A DNA stretch of 64,000 nucleotides from NCBI GenBank assembly GCA_965203055.1, contig OZ241863.1, positions 384,001 through 448,000 of the forward strand, written 5' to 3'. Positions 35,970 to 47,986 of the stretch are shown here, in pieces. The position numbers and the translations under genes were made by a program. This DNA comes from Spirochaetia bacterium. Lineage in GTDB: Bacteria; Spirochaetota; Spirochaetia; SZUA-6; Bin103. Positions within the stretch are counted from its first letter, which is position 1. Each line of letters opens with the position of its first letter. The notes beneath the pieces were generated by a model, which was not told where the DNA came from, made no database searches, and was given only the letters and a program-made list of their open reading frames with translations.

Positions 35970-36847
35970 CCCGCCGCCGCGGCCAGCATCTGCCGGGTCC
36001 GCCGGCGCACGTGATCCACGTCGTCGCGGCTCTTGAACACGACGCCGAGGGTGGCGGCCACCACCTCCTCGTCCAGGCAGCCGCGATGCAGGGCCACCAG
36101 CGTTGCGGCCCAGTCCAGGGTCTCCGCCACCCCCGGCGCCTTCTGCAGCGGCTCGCTGCGCGCCGCCGCCACGAAGCGGCAGATCTGCTCGGCGAGCGCG
36201 GCGTCGATGCCGGGCACCCGCCGCCGCACGATGGCCAACTCCTTGGCGTAATCCGGATAGTCGATCCACAGGTAGAGGCAGCGGCGCCGCACCGCGTCGG
36301 ACAGCTCGCGGGTACGATTGCTGGTCACCACCACGTAGGGCACGTGGCTGGCGCTCACGGTGCCGAGCTCGGGAATCGAAATCTGCCAGTCAGACAGGAT
36401 TTCGAGCAGAAAGGCCTCGAACTCCTCGTCCGCCCGGTCCAGTTCGTCCACCAGCAGCACCGGACTGCGCGTGCGGGTTATCGCCTGCAGCAACGGCCGC
36501 TTCAGCAGGTAGCGCTCGTCGAACAGCTCCCGCTCCCGTTCCTCCAGCGGCGCGCCTTCCCGCTCGCTCAGGCGGATGTGCAGCAACTGGCGCTTGTAGT
36601 CCCATTCGTAGAGGGCGGTGCCGGCGTCCAGCCCTTCGTAGCACTGCAGCCGGATCAGATCGGTGGCCAACGCGCGGGCCAGCACCTTCGCGATCTCGGT
36701 CTTGCCCACGCCGGCGGGTCCCTCCACCAGCAGCGGCTTGCGCAGTTGCTCGGCGATGAGCAGGGAGGTGACGATGGTCTCGTCGCCGACGTAGTTCTGT
36801 TCCTCCAGCAGCGCCGCGATGCGGGCGGCTTCCTTTGCGGTGTCCAT
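35966..36847 (-). CDS. CoxD-like MoxR AAA+ ATPase
   Basis: EGPAGVGKT, RLQCYEGLD, DELDRADEEFE, TSNRTRELSDA, PGVAETLDW. Confidence 0.92.
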   Translation of the reverse strand: MDTAKEAARIAALLEEQNYVGDETIVTSLLIAEQLRKPLLVEGPAGVGKTEIAKVLARALATDLIRLQCYEGLDAGTALYEWDYKRQLLHIRLSEREGAPLEERERELFDERYLLKRPLLQAITRTRSPVLLVDELDRADEEFEAFLLEILSDWQISIPELGTVSASHVPYVVVTSNRTRELSDAVRRRCLYLWIDYPDYAKELAIVRRRVPGIDAALAEQICRFVAAARSEPLQKAPGVAETLDWAATLVALHRGCLDEEVVAATLGVVFKSRDDVDHVRRRTRQMLAAAAG

Positions 36848-36910
36848 GCGATGCGGGGGAGCATACCATGAGATGACGGCCGCGCCGCACTCTGCGGCGA
36901 TGGCGGCCGG

Positions 36911-37771
36911 TCAGCCCGCGGCGCCCGCCGCGCGGCGCGCGGACCAGCCGCGCGGCAGCGTCCACCCCGCGCCCACGGCGATGAACGGAGGGTTGCGCAG
37001 GTCGTGCTTGTTGTAGCGCAGCGGGCGCCCGGTGCGGGCCTGGAGCATGCGTCCCCCCACGGCGCGCAGCAGGGCGTCGCCGGCCGCCGTGTCCCACTCC
37101 ATGGTGGGGCCGAACCGGGGGTAGTAATCGGCCTCGCCGGCGGCGATCAGGCCCAGTTTGATGGCGCTGCTCAGGCGCCGCAGCTCGACCCCGCCGTAGG
37201 CCGCCTGCAGCAGGGAGATGACCCGTTGCGAGGAGGCCGACAACCGGCTCCGGCTCGCCACCACCACCGGCGCCGAGCGCGCCGGCGCGCTCGGCGCCGG
37301 CAACCGTTCGCCGGCCCCCGGTTCCAGCGCCGCGGCCGCCGCGCGCCGCAGGCGGCCCGCCCCCCAACCGACCGCGCCGTAGAACAGTTCGTCCGCCACC
37401 GGCGCGTAGATCACCCCGAGCCGCGGCTCCCCCGCCACGCACAGCGCGACGTTGACCGAAAATTCGTCTCCGCCGCGGATATAGTCGTTGGTGCCGTCCA
37501 GGGGATCCACCAGCCAGACCCGCTCCCAGCGCTGCCGGCGGGCGCCGGACTCGTTGCCGCCTTCCTCGCCGACGATCGGGATGGCGGCGCACCGTTCGGC
37601 CAGCACTCCCTCGATGGTTGCCTGCGCCTGCCGGTCCGCTTCGGTGACCGGCGTGGCGTCGGCCTTGCGCTGCACCGTCAAGGCGCTGCGCTGCAACCGC
37701 CGCGCCACGGCGCCGCCGGCGACTGCCGCCTGCATGGCCGCGGCCAGCAGCGGCAGGAGCTGGCGGCTCAC
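36911..37771 (-). CDS. cysQ: 3'(2'),5'-bisphosphate nucleotidase
   Basis: PVTEAD, WLVDPLDGT, YPRFGPTMEWDTAAG, LRYNK. Confidence 0.92.
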   Translation of the reverse strand: MSRQLLPLLAAAMQAAVAGGAVARRLQRSALTVQRKADATPVTEADRQAQATIEGVLAERCAAIPIVGEEGGNESGARRQRWERVWLVDPLDGTNDYIRGGDEFSVNVALCVAGEPRLGVIYAPVADELFYGAVGWGAGRLRRAAAAALEPGAGERLPAPSAPARSAPVVVASRSRLSASSQRVISLLQAAYGGVELRRLSSAIKLGLIAAGEADYYPRFGPTMEWDTAAGDALLRAVGGRMLQARTGRPLRYNKHDLRNPPFIAVGAGWTLPRGWSARRAAGAAG

Positions 37772-37880
37772 GGCAGGCGCCTCCTGCGCGCCGGCGTCAC
37801 GTTGGTGTCCGCAAAGCGATCCAATTTCCGGCGATGATCAGGCGCGCCTGCGGCGCTGTCAAGGCGCCCTTCGGAGCAGC

Positions 37881-37941
37881 GCAATTACCGGGGCAATTAC
37901 CGGGGCAATTGCAGAGCAATTTCACGGCAATTCGGAGCAAT
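37881..37941. repeat. Six phased GCAAT(T) direct repeats between divergent cysQ and glmS
   Basis: Starts at 37881, 37893, 37905, 37916, 37927 and 37937. Confidence 0.8.
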
Positions 37942-38012
37942 GCGGGCGGCGGGGCGGTAGACAGGCGCGGGCCATGCGCGTAAGTTTCCGGCGGGGGAGG
38001 GGAACGGTAACC

Positions 38013-39867
<1,855 letters not shown>

Positions 39868-39881
<14 letters not shown>

Positions 39882-41235
39882 GCCGGCGCGGATCCGCCGG
39901 CGCCGATCCCACTACCGTCCCGCGCGGGCGCCCGCGCGCGAGACCGATGTTGCACAACAGGCCGATGCCTATCAGGGCGGTCCACAGTGAGGATCCGCCG
40001 TAGGAGACCAGCATCAAGGGGATGCCGGTAATCGGCAGCACCCCCATCGCCATGCCGACGTTGACCACCGTGTGGAACAGCAGCATGGCCACCACTCCCG
40101 CCGCCGCCAGGGTAGCGAATTCGTTGCCGGCGGCGTACATGATCATGATGCCGCGCACCTGCACCGCCCCGAACAGCGCCAGCACCACGATGCCGCCAAG
40201 GAAGCCCGTCTCCTCGGCGAGAATGGAGAAGATGAAGTCGGTGCTCTGCTGCGGCAGATAGCGGAGGTGGCTCTGCGTGCCTTGCAGAAAGCCGGTGCCG
40301 GTGAGGCCGCCCGCGCCCACCGCGGTGACCGACTGGATGATGTTCCAACCGGCGCCGCGCGGATCCACCCACGGGTTCACGAAGATCACCAGCCGCATGA
40401 TCTGATACTCCTTGAGTACCGTCGCCATGAGCAGCCCGCCGGCGACCGCCAGCCCCAGCAGCGCCGCGCCGTACATCAGCCAGTAGTAGTAGGCGCGCCG
40501 GAACACCCGCAGTCCCACTGCCGCCAGCGCCGCCACCAGACCCAGCGCCAGCAGCGTGTAGGGCGCCACGCCGGCATCGGTGATCAGCCGCAGGACGCCG
40601 GGTTCGGCCGCCGCCCGCAGCCGCTGCACCGCCGGAATCGCCGCGAATGCCACGGTCAGCAGTGCCGCCAGAGCCACGAACGCCAGGTGGCGAATGCGCG
40701 CCCCGGCGATCAGCGCCATGACCAGAAAGATGGGGAAGTAGATCATTCCGGTCCCCATGTCGGGCTGCAGCAGGATCAGCCCCATGGGAGCCGCTATCAC
40801 GAGCAGGGCGAGCAGAAAGCGCGGCAGCTCGGCGATGCCGTTGCCGATTTCCGACAGGTACGCCGCCAGGAACAGGATGGTCGCCAACTTGGCGAACTCG
40901 GAGGGCTGAATTCCCAGGTCGCCGATGCCCAGCCAGGAGCGCGCCCCGTTCACCTCGCGGCCGAGCAGCAGGGTGAGCACCAGGAGCGCCATTGCCGCCA
41001 GGAAGATGTAGGGCGTGCCCGGCTTGTAGCGCTGGTGATTGGTGACCGCGAACAGCGCCAGCAGCCCGTACCCGCTGCCCGCCCAAACGAGTTGCTTGAG
41101 CCACTCATTGGACACCAGGTCCCCGGCGGAATTGACCCCGCTGGAATACACGAACAGTACGCCGATGGCGACCAGCCCCAGACTGGCCGGCAGGAGAACC
41201 GGATCCAGGGCGCGCAGGCTCAAGCGCCTTCTCAC
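39868..41235 (-). CDS. rodA: Rod shape-determining protein RodA
   Basis: IQPSEFAK, QPDMGT, TDFIF, GIPLMLVSYGGSS. Confidence 0.95.
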
Positions 41236-43115
41236 TGCTCGCCGCTCCCGGCGTCCGCCTGCAGCGGATTGAACACCGCCTCACCGTACCACGGCTTGAG
41301 GTAGGCCACCGCCTGCGGCACGGTCTGCCCGGTGAACGCCGCGTGAAAGATCAGATTGGCCGCCTTCGGCGCCCACCACTCCCACAGGTTGACCGCCTCC
41401 ACCATCACCACCACCACGATCTGTTCAAGCGGGTCCGCCGCGTCGTACGGCCCGTAGGCGGCGAACCAGGAGTGATACTGGTCCTCGATCCCCACTTCGC
41501 CGGTGCCGGTCTTGCCGGCCACCGCCACCGCGTCGGTGGTCAACACCGGCCCCGCGGTGCCGTCCGTCACCACCAGGCGCATCGCCTCCCGCACGAAGGA
41601 GAAGGTCTCGCGGCTGATGTCGGCGCGGTGAATCGGCTCCCGTTCGGTGCGCGCAGTGAGCTCGCCGCTGGCGCCGTCGCGAATCTCCTTGACCACGTGC
41701 GGCCGGTAGATCACCCCGTCATTGACCACCATGGCTACCAGATTGGCGATCTGCAGCGGGGTCACGGTGATGAATCCCTGACCGATGGAGAGGTTGACGG
41801 TGTCGCCGCCGACCCACGGCTCGCCGAACTCGCGCCGCTTCCAGGCCGGCGTCGGCACGTTCCCGGCCACCTCGCCCGGCAGATCGATGCCGGACGCCGC
41901 ACCCAGCGCGAACCGTTCCGAATAGCGCGCGATATTGCCAATCCCCAGGGCGGAGCCGGCCAGATAGAAGTAGACGTCGCACGACTGCGCCAACGCGTCG
42001 TCCATATCGATGCGCCCGTGGCCCTCCTTTACCCAGTCGTTGAATATCCGGTCGCCGTACGCCAGGTAGCCGACGCAGCGGATCTCATGGTCGCGGCTGA
42101 AGGTACCCTCCTCCGCCAGCGCCGTGGTCATGAGAATCTTGAACACGCTCGCCGGCGGGTAGGCCGATTGGATTGCGCGGTTGATGAAGGGAAACGAACG
42201 ATCCCCGGTCAGGGCGCGGAACGCGGCGTCGCCGCCGGCGCCGATGAAGGTCTGCGGATCGAACCACGGATAGGAAACCAGCGCCAGAATCGCGCCGGTC
42301 GCCGGCTGCAGTACCACCGCCGAACCGACGCGCGGCCCGAGCGCCTCCTGCGCCGCCTGCTGCAGGTCCCAGTCGATGGTCAGCACCACGTCCCGGCCGG
42401 GCTGCGGGGCCACCGCGGTCTGGCGCAGCTCCGATACCGCCCGTTCGCGCACGTCCACGGTACGGTGGCTGATGCCGTCCACGCCGCGCAGCTCCCCCTC
42501 GTACTGCTTTTCCACGCCGCTCTTGCCCAACGTGCTGTCCGCGGTGTAACCCTGATTGAACAACACCTGCAATTCCTCGCGGGTGATGTCGCCCACGTAA
42601 CCGGTGACGTGCGCCAGGGCGCCGAGCGTTCCGTAGTCGCGTGCCGGCCCGCTATGCCAGGTGACGCCGGGAAACGAATCGATCTGTTCCGCCAGCGTGG
42701 CGATGGTGGCGAATTCCACGTGCCGCTTCAGCTCGACGGGCCGGAACAGGTGCCGCTGGCGTGTCGGAACGCGCGCCGCCAACTGCGCCGGGCTCATCTC
42801 CAGGTGCGGCGCAAGCCGTTCCAGCAGGCGCGGCAATCGATCCGCCGGCACCTCGCCGGGAATCAGGTCCACCGAGAACGCCAGGCGGTTGGTCACCAGC
42901 GGCCGGGTGTAGCTGCGGTCGAAGATCTTGCCGCGTTGCGCCGGAATCGCCACCTCGCGCCGCGCCACGTTGACGGCGAGGGTGCGGAACTCGCCGCCGC
43001 GCACCACCTGCAGCAGGTACAGATAGCCCGCAATGAGCGCGAAGACGACGCCGGTTGCCGCCGCCAGCCCGAGCGTGCGCCGCTTGAGCATGACGCTCGG
43101 TCCCTGATCGCTCAC
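41232..43115 (-). CDS. mrdA: Penicillin-binding protein 2
   Basis: RGKIFDR, SVFK (SxxK), SCD, KTGT. Confidence 0.95.
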   Translation of the reverse strand: MSDQGPSVMLKRRTLGLAAATGVVFALIAGYLYLLQVVRGGEFRTLAVNVARREVAIPAQRGKIFDRSYTRPLVTNRLAFSVDLIPGEVPADRLPRLLERLAPHLEMSPAQLAARVPTRQRHLFRPVELKRHVEFATIATLAEQIDSFPGVTWHSGPARDYGTLGALAHVTGYVGDITREELQVLFNQGYTADSTLGKSGVEKQYEGELRGVDGISHRTVDVRERAVSELRQTAVAPQPGRDVVLTIDWDLQQAAQEALGPRVGSAVVLQPATGAILALVSYPWFDPQTFIGAGGDAAFRALTGDRSFPFINRAIQSAYPPASVFKILMTTALAEEGTFSRDHEIRCVGYLAYGDRIFNDWVKEGHGRIDMDDALAQSCDVYFYLAGSALGIGNIARYSERFALGAASGIDLPGEVAGNVPTPAWKRREFGEPWVGGDTVNLSIGQGFITVTPLQIANLVAMVVNDGVIYRPHVVKEIRDGASGELTARTEREPIHRADISRETFSFVREAMRLVVTDGTAGPVLTTDAVAVAGKTGTGEVGIEDQYHSWFAAYGPYDAADPLEQIVVVVMVEAVNLWEWWAPKAANLIFHAAFTGQTVPQAVAYLKPWYGEAVFNPLQADAGSGEQ

Positions 43116-43621
43116 GGTCGCGCCTCGCGTCTGGACGGCCGCAGCAGGCGCACCCGACCGAGCAGGGCAAACAGGAACGGCGCCAGTACCGCGCTGTAGG
43201 CGGCCTCGATCCAAAACCGTCCCTCCAGCAGGTGCAGGTCGGGCTGCACGTCGAACAGCAGGCCCAGCAGGGCGCTCGTCAGCCCCTTGATGAGGGTCGC
43301 CCCCAGGATCAGCACCGGCACCGCGATTGCGTTGGTGCGTACCAGCCCGTGCAGCAGCCCGCTGGTGAAGCCCACCAGCGTGCGCACCAGGGCATGGAAC
43401 CCAAGCGGGGCGAGGCTCACCAGATCCTCCAGCAGTCCGCCGGCGAACCCGGCAAGCTGGCCGCTCATGGAACCGCGCCGCAGCGCCAGAAACACCAGCA
43501 GGATCAACTGCAGATCGGGCGTGACGCCGCCCACCGCCACGATGCCGAGCACCGTGGTCTGCAGCAGGACTACCGCCCCCATCAGCAGAATCGTGAGGAT
43601 GACAGGCCGATGATCAGCCAC
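43112..43621 (-). CDS. mreD: Rod shape-determining protein MreD
   Basis: PDLQLI, GLLED...PLG; lies between mreC and mrdA. Confidence 0.9.
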   Translation of the reverse strand: MADHRPVILTILLMGAVVLLQTTVLGIVAVGGVTPDLQLILLVFLALRRGSMSGQLAGFAGGLLEDLVSLAPLGFHALVRTLVGFTSGLLHGLVRTNAIAVPVLILGATLIKGLTSALLGLLFDVQPDLHLLEGRFWIEAAYSAVLAPFLFALLGRVRLLRPSRREARP

Positions 43622-44495
43622 CGCTCGCCTGCGGCCGGCTCGCGTCGGGGACGATCACGAACACGTATTCCAGGCGCGAGACGTCGATCAGCGGCTCCAC
43701 CAGAAGGTCCAGCGAGTTGCGGTAGGTCTCGGCCCGCACCTCGCGCACCCGCCCGATCTGCAGGCCGCGCGGGAACACGCCGCCAAGGCCGGAGGTAATG
43801 ACCAGTTCGCCCGGGTCGATGACTTCCCGCGCCGCGCTGTTCACGTGGCGCATCAGCAGCCCGAAGGTCCCGGAGCCAAGCCCCTGCACCAGGCCGTCGT
43901 AGCGCAACTGCTGCAGGCGGGCGGCCACGAACGACGCGCGGCCGCTGATCGGCTGCACCAGCGCGCTGCCCCCATCCGCCTCGGTGACGCGCCCTACCAG
44001 GCCCTCCAGCCGGTTCTGCAGCGCCACCACCGCCATTCCGGCGCGGACGCCGTGGCGGGTCCCGCGGTTGATGGTGACGGTGGTAAACAGACTGCCCGGA
44101 TCACGCGCGGTCACCTCGGCGGCAACGGTCCGGTAGGAGGCGCGGGCGCTGAACGAGAGCTGCCGCCGCAGCTCGGCGTTCTGGCGCTCCAGCTCCGCCC
44201 GGTCGCCGGCCAACCGCTCCAACTCCACCAGCCGCTGCCGCGCCGCGGTCAACTCCAGGCGCATGCGGCGCAACTCCGCCAGCGCGTTCCAGGAACCGCC
44301 GAAGAACTTGCCCACGTCGTGCAGCGCGGACTGCATGGTGCCGAAGACGCGGCGCCCCACCTGTTCCGGCTTCGCCGTCCCGTGGGTGAGGGCCACCATG
44401 ACGGTACCGAGCGCCAACAGCGCCGCCAGCACCACCGCGGTGCGGTGACGCGCGACGAACGAGTTGAGCGAAAGCTGGCTCCCGGGACCTACCAC
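43614..44495 (-). CDS. mreC: Rod shape-determining protein MreC
   Basis: TM plus coiled coil, GLVGRV, TSGLGGVFPRGLQIG. Confidence 0.93.
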   Translation of the reverse strand: MVGPGSQLSLNSFVARHRTAVVLAALLALGTVMVALTHGTAKPEQVGRRVFGTMQSALHDVGKFFGGSWNALAELRRMRLELTAARQRLVELERLAGDRAELERQNAELRRQLSFSARASYRTVAAEVTARDPGSLFTTVTINRGTRHGVRAGMAVVALQNRLEGLVGRVTEADGGSALVQPISGRASFVAARLQQLRYDGLVQGLGSGTFGLLMRHVNSAAREVIDPGELVITSGLGGVFPRGLQIGRVREVRAETYRNSLDLLVEPLIDVSRLEYVFVIVPDASRPQASGG

Positions 44496-44516
44496 GGCGG
44501 CTGACTGCGGGCGGCG

Positions 44517-45542
44517 TCAGTTGCGGTAGTTGATGTACTTGCGGTCGCGGTCGCGCATGCTTTCCAGAAACCGGCCGGCGCCCAGCGCCACGCACAGCAG
44601 CGGGTTTTCGGCCACCGTCACCGGCACTCCGGTTTCCTGCCGGATCAGGCTGGGCAGCCCCTTCAACAGCGATCCGCCGCCGGTCATCACGATTCCGCGC
44701 TCGATGATGTCGGCCGCCAGCTCGGGCGGAGTCTTCCCCAGGTTGCGCTTGACCTCGTCGACCACCTGGTTGGTGATTTCGGTGAGCGATTCGCGGATCT
44801 CCACCGAATCCACCTCCAGGCGCCGCGGCAGCCCGGTAATGGCGTCCCGCCCCATGATCTCCATCTTCTCTATCTTCTTTTCCGGCGCCGCATTGCCGAT
44901 GTTGATCTTGACGCTTTCGGCGGTCTCGTTGCCGATGATCAGGTTGTGCACCGAACGCACGTGCTTGATGATCGCGTCGTCGAACTCGTCGCCGCCGATG
45001 CGGATCGCGCTCGACACCACCATGCCGCCGAGCGAGATGACCGACACCTCGGTGGTGCCCCCGCCGATGTCGCACACCATGTGTCCGGCCGGCTCCAGGA
45101 ACGGGATGTCGGCGCCGATCGCCGCGGCCATCGATTCTTCGATGAGGTACACTTCCCGCGCTCCGGCCTGCTCGGCGCTCTCCCGCACCGCGCGCTGCTC
45201 CACCTCGGTGATGCTGGTGGGAATGCCGATGACCATGCGCGGCTTCACCAGCCAGCGGCGCTGGGTGACGGAGTTGATGAAGTAGCGGATCATCTTCTCG
45301 GTGTGCTCCAGATCGGCGATGACGCCGTCCCGCAACGGTCGTATCGCCGCGATGTCCTCGGGCGTCTTCCACAACATCCGCTTGGCTTCCTTGCCCACCG
45401 CCACGACGTTCTTGGTGCTCTTCTCCACCGCCACCACCGATGGCTCGGAGAGGACGATGCCCTTGCCCTTGACGTGCACCAGGGTGTTGCAGGTGCCCAG
45501 ATCAATACCGATGTCCATGGCGAAATTGCCGAATATGCTCAC
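44517..45542 (-). CDS. mreB: Rod shape-determining protein MreB
   Basis: [28 protein letters not shown]. Confidence 0.98.
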   Translation of the reverse strand: MSIFGNFAMDIGIDLGTCNTLVHVKGKGIVLSEPSVVAVEKSTKNVVAVGKEAKRMLWKTPEDIAAIRPLRDGVIADLEHTEKMIRYFINSVTQRRWLVKPRMVIGIPTSITEVEQRAVRESAEQAGAREVYLIEESMAAAIGADIPFLEPAGHMVCDIGGGTTEVSVISLGGMVVSSAIRIGGDEFDDAIIKHVRSVHNLIIGNETAESVKINIGNAAPEKKIEKMEIMGRDAITGLPRRLEVDSVEIRESLTEITNQVVDEVKRNLGKTPPELAADIIERGIVMTGGGSLLKGLPSLIRQETGVPVTVAENPLLCVALGAGRFLESMRDRDRKYINYRN

Positions 45543-45551
45543 TCTGGTCTC

Positions 45552-46562
45552 CTAACCCCGCAACCGCAAGTTGGCCCCGTGATGCCGTTGATCGATGCTC
45601 CGCGCCCGCCGCCACTCGGCGCGCGCCCGCGCGTTGTCGCCCAGCCCCGCATAGGCGTCGCCCAGGAACAGGCGCGCGTCCGCGGAATCGGGAACGAGGT
45701 CCAGCAGGCGCTGATACTGCTCCCCCGCGTCCGCGAACCGACCCCGCTGCAACAGTAATGCTCCCAGCATGAATCGGGCGCGGATTTCCAGCGCCGGGGC
45801 GCGCGCCCCGGCGCCCGCCTCGGCGGCCGCCTCACCGCCCTCCGCCGCCGCCCGGAACTGCCCTTCCGCCTCTTCGTACCGCCCCAGGCGTTCCAGCAAC
45901 TGGCCCGCCGCCAGGTGCAGCGGGCCGCTCGGGCGCCGCTGCAAGGCGCTGCGAAAGTGCTCCAGGCCGCGTTCCGGCGCGCCGGAACGCACCAGCGCCA
46001 TACCCAGGTACTCGTGGGTGTCAGCCGCGTCGTAGCCCTGCTCCAGCGACTCGGTGAGAAAGCGGACCGCCAGATCGAAGTAGTGGCGGCCCTTGTGGTA
46101 GTAGGCCTTGCCCAGCACGTAGGCGGCCTCGTTGCGATAGCGCAACTCGCGCTTGAGGCGCGCGCGGCGCAGCGCAACGATCGCCTGATCCAGGCGCGGG
46201 ATCGGGTCGCTCCGCTCCGCCTCCGCCAGCGCCAGGTAGAAGTGAGCGATGCCGCGCACCACCAGCGCCTCGCCATCCAGCGGCCGCTGCGCCAGGATAT
46301 CCGCGCTCCGGTCGAGCACTTCGGCGTAGCTGCCGTTGTTCGACAACTCGACCAGCGCCGGCCGGCGGACCGCGCGCGCCATCTCCGTGAGGCTCGCCGG
46401 GACGCCGAAGATCACGGCCGCGGCCACCGCCAGACCTGCGCCCCCTGCGCCAAGCAACGGCAGCCACCGTACCCGGGGATGACGCGGCGCCGTGTACCGA
46501 TACCGCTGCAGCCGGAAATCGTTTCTTCTGACCAAGCGCGGATACCCGCGCCGCCGGTCCAT
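45552..46562 (-). CDS. Membrane-anchored tetratricopeptide repeat protein
   Basis: One TM followed by TPR-like helices (YVLGKAYY, HEYLGMA, LFLGDAY). Confidence 0.8.
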   Translation of the reverse strand: MDRRRGYPRLVRRNDFRLQRYRYTAPRHPRVRWLPLLGAGGAGLAVAAAVIFGVPASLTEMARAVRRPALVELSNNGSYAEVLDRSADILAQRPLDGEALVVRGIAHFYLALAEAERSDPIPRLDQAIVALRRARLKRELRYRNEAAYVLGKAYYHKGRHYFDLAVRFLTESLEQGYDAADTHEYLGMALVRSGAPERGLEHFRSALQRRPSGPLHLAAGQLLERLGRYEEAEGQFRAAAEGGEAAAEAGAGARAPALEIRARFMLGALLLQRGRFADAGEQYQRLLDLVPDSADARLFLGDAYAGLGDNARARAEWRRARSIDQRHHGANLRLRG

Positions 46563-46610
46563 TGCTGGCACCTTGCAGACTACTGTACTCCAAGAGCGCG
46601 GGAAAACAAA

Positions 46611-47033
46611 GAGGCGGGCCTGTAAGCCGGGTTCTGTACCGCGCGCGCCTCGCAAGGCGCCCGCGGTCGCGCACCATCTATCTCGACCGGCCGTCACCGG
46701 CCGGTTCGTGCAGCCTACCCGCAGGCCGGAGGGTCGCTCCCGGACGGGCCGTCCACCTGCTGCTCGGCTTTGCTCCTGGCGAGGTTTACCGTGCCGCCGC
46801 TGTCGCCAGCGGCGCGGTGGGCTCTTACCCCACCTTTTCACCCTCACCGGCGGGGGCGCGGCGCAGCCGCGCCCCCGCCGGCAGTATGTTTTCTGTGGCA
46901 CTGTCTGTCCGCGCCGCCGCCAGGCGCCGCGGCCCGGGAGTTACCCGGCGCCATGCCCTTGCGGAGCCCGGACTTTCCTCCACCGGCCCGCGTCCCGAAC
47001 GGGGCGGCCGGCGGCGGTGCGCCGGCCCGCCTC
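46611..47033 (-). ncRNA. rnpB: RNase P RNA, bacterial type A
   Basis: GAGGAAAGTCCGGGCT, GTGCCACAGAAA, GGGTGAAAAGGTGGGGTAAGAGCCCAC, ACAGAACCCGGCTTA; P1 helix GAGGCGGGCC/GGCCCGCCTC. Confidence 0.96.
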
Positions 47034-47056
47034 TCACTTGCTTCCTGACCGTCTGA

Positions 47057-47986
47057 TCAGGCGTCCTCGGACGCCTCGGTCCGCGTCTCCGCCAGCGCGG
47101 CCGCTTCGTTCTCCTCGGCCTCCTCCCCGTCCGTCGAGTCGTCGTCGAACATCAGGTCCTCGTCGTCGAACTCGGCGCCGGAGGCATCGACGGCGTCGCC
47201 TTCGAATTCGTCGTCTCCGCCGTAGAATACGATACGACTGCAATTCGGGCAAAACATGATCACCTCGCCGGTACGCACCCGATTGGCGAAGAACGGCGGC
47301 AGAATCATCTGGCAGCCGGTGCACACCCCCGCGCGCAACGCCACGATGCCGAAGTCCTTCTTGGTGCGGATGATGCGTTCGAACTTGAACAGCAACTCGG
47401 GGTCGAGGCCGGGCGTGATCCCGGACTCCTCGGCAATCAGTTCCTGCAGAACCGTCTCGCGTTCGGCTATCTCGGACTCGATGCGCTGCTGCTCGTCCGC
47501 TACCTCCTGGTCCTGCTGCTCGATGAGCGCCCCCTCCTGTTCCAGGGCGGCCTCCATCTCGTCGAGATGCTCCTCCTCGCGCTGCAGCTCGCGCCGCACT
47601 TCGTCCTCACGCTCCCCGGAGTCGCGTATTTCCTTGTCCAGCGCCTCATATTCGCGTTGCGTGTGGATCACGGCCATCTGCCCCTCGTAGTGCTCGCGCT
47701 CACGCTCCGCCTCGATGGCGCGGTCGCGCAGTTCGCGGATGCGCTCCTTGAGCCGGTCGTACAGTTCGCTCTTCTCCACGTAGGAGCGCTTGAGCCGATT
47801 GAGCACTTCGGTCTTGGTGGACAGGGCGCGCGGAATCTCGCTGATCTCGTGCTCGGTGCGAAAGCGCTGTAACTGCACTTCCTGCAGGGTGCGCAACTTG
47901 CGGAGCACCTCCTCCAGGTTCCTGCCCGCGGTCGAGGCCGTCGCTCCGAGGTGCACGGCTGCCGGTTGCATGTTGCTACTACTCAT
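47057..47986 (-). CDS. Coiled-coil C4 zinc-ribbon protein (DUF164/CdsZ-like)
   Basis: Long coiled coil, CTGC...CPNCSRI, acidic tail; follows rpoD. Confidence 0.88.
   Translation of the reverse strand: MSSSNMQPAAVHLGATASTAGRNLEEVLRKLRTLQEVQLQRFRTEHEISEIPRALSTKTEVLNRLKRSYVEKSELYDRLKERIRELRDRAIEAEREREHYEGQMAVIHTQREYEALDKEIRDSGEREDEVRRELQREEEHLDEMEAALEQEGALIEQQDQEVADEQQRIESEIAERETVLQELIAEESGITPGLDPELLFKFERIIRTKKDFGIVALRAGVCTGCQMILPPFFANRVRTGEVIMFCPNCSRIVFYGGDDEFEGDAVDASGAEFDDEDLMFDDDSTDGEEAEENEAAALAETRTEASEDA

Noticed and set aside
37881..37941. CRISPR array
   Set aside because: Units are 10-12 bp with no spacers and no cas genes; no CRISPR-like array was seen anywhere in the window.
37772..38012. 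glmS ribozyme upstream of glmS
   Set aside because: The conserved core (AGCGCC...GACGAGG...ATCGAA) is not present; only the GCAATT repeats are.
46563..46901. N-terminal extension of the TPR ORF
   Set aside because: It overlaps the RNase P RNA; the real start is likely ATG 46562.
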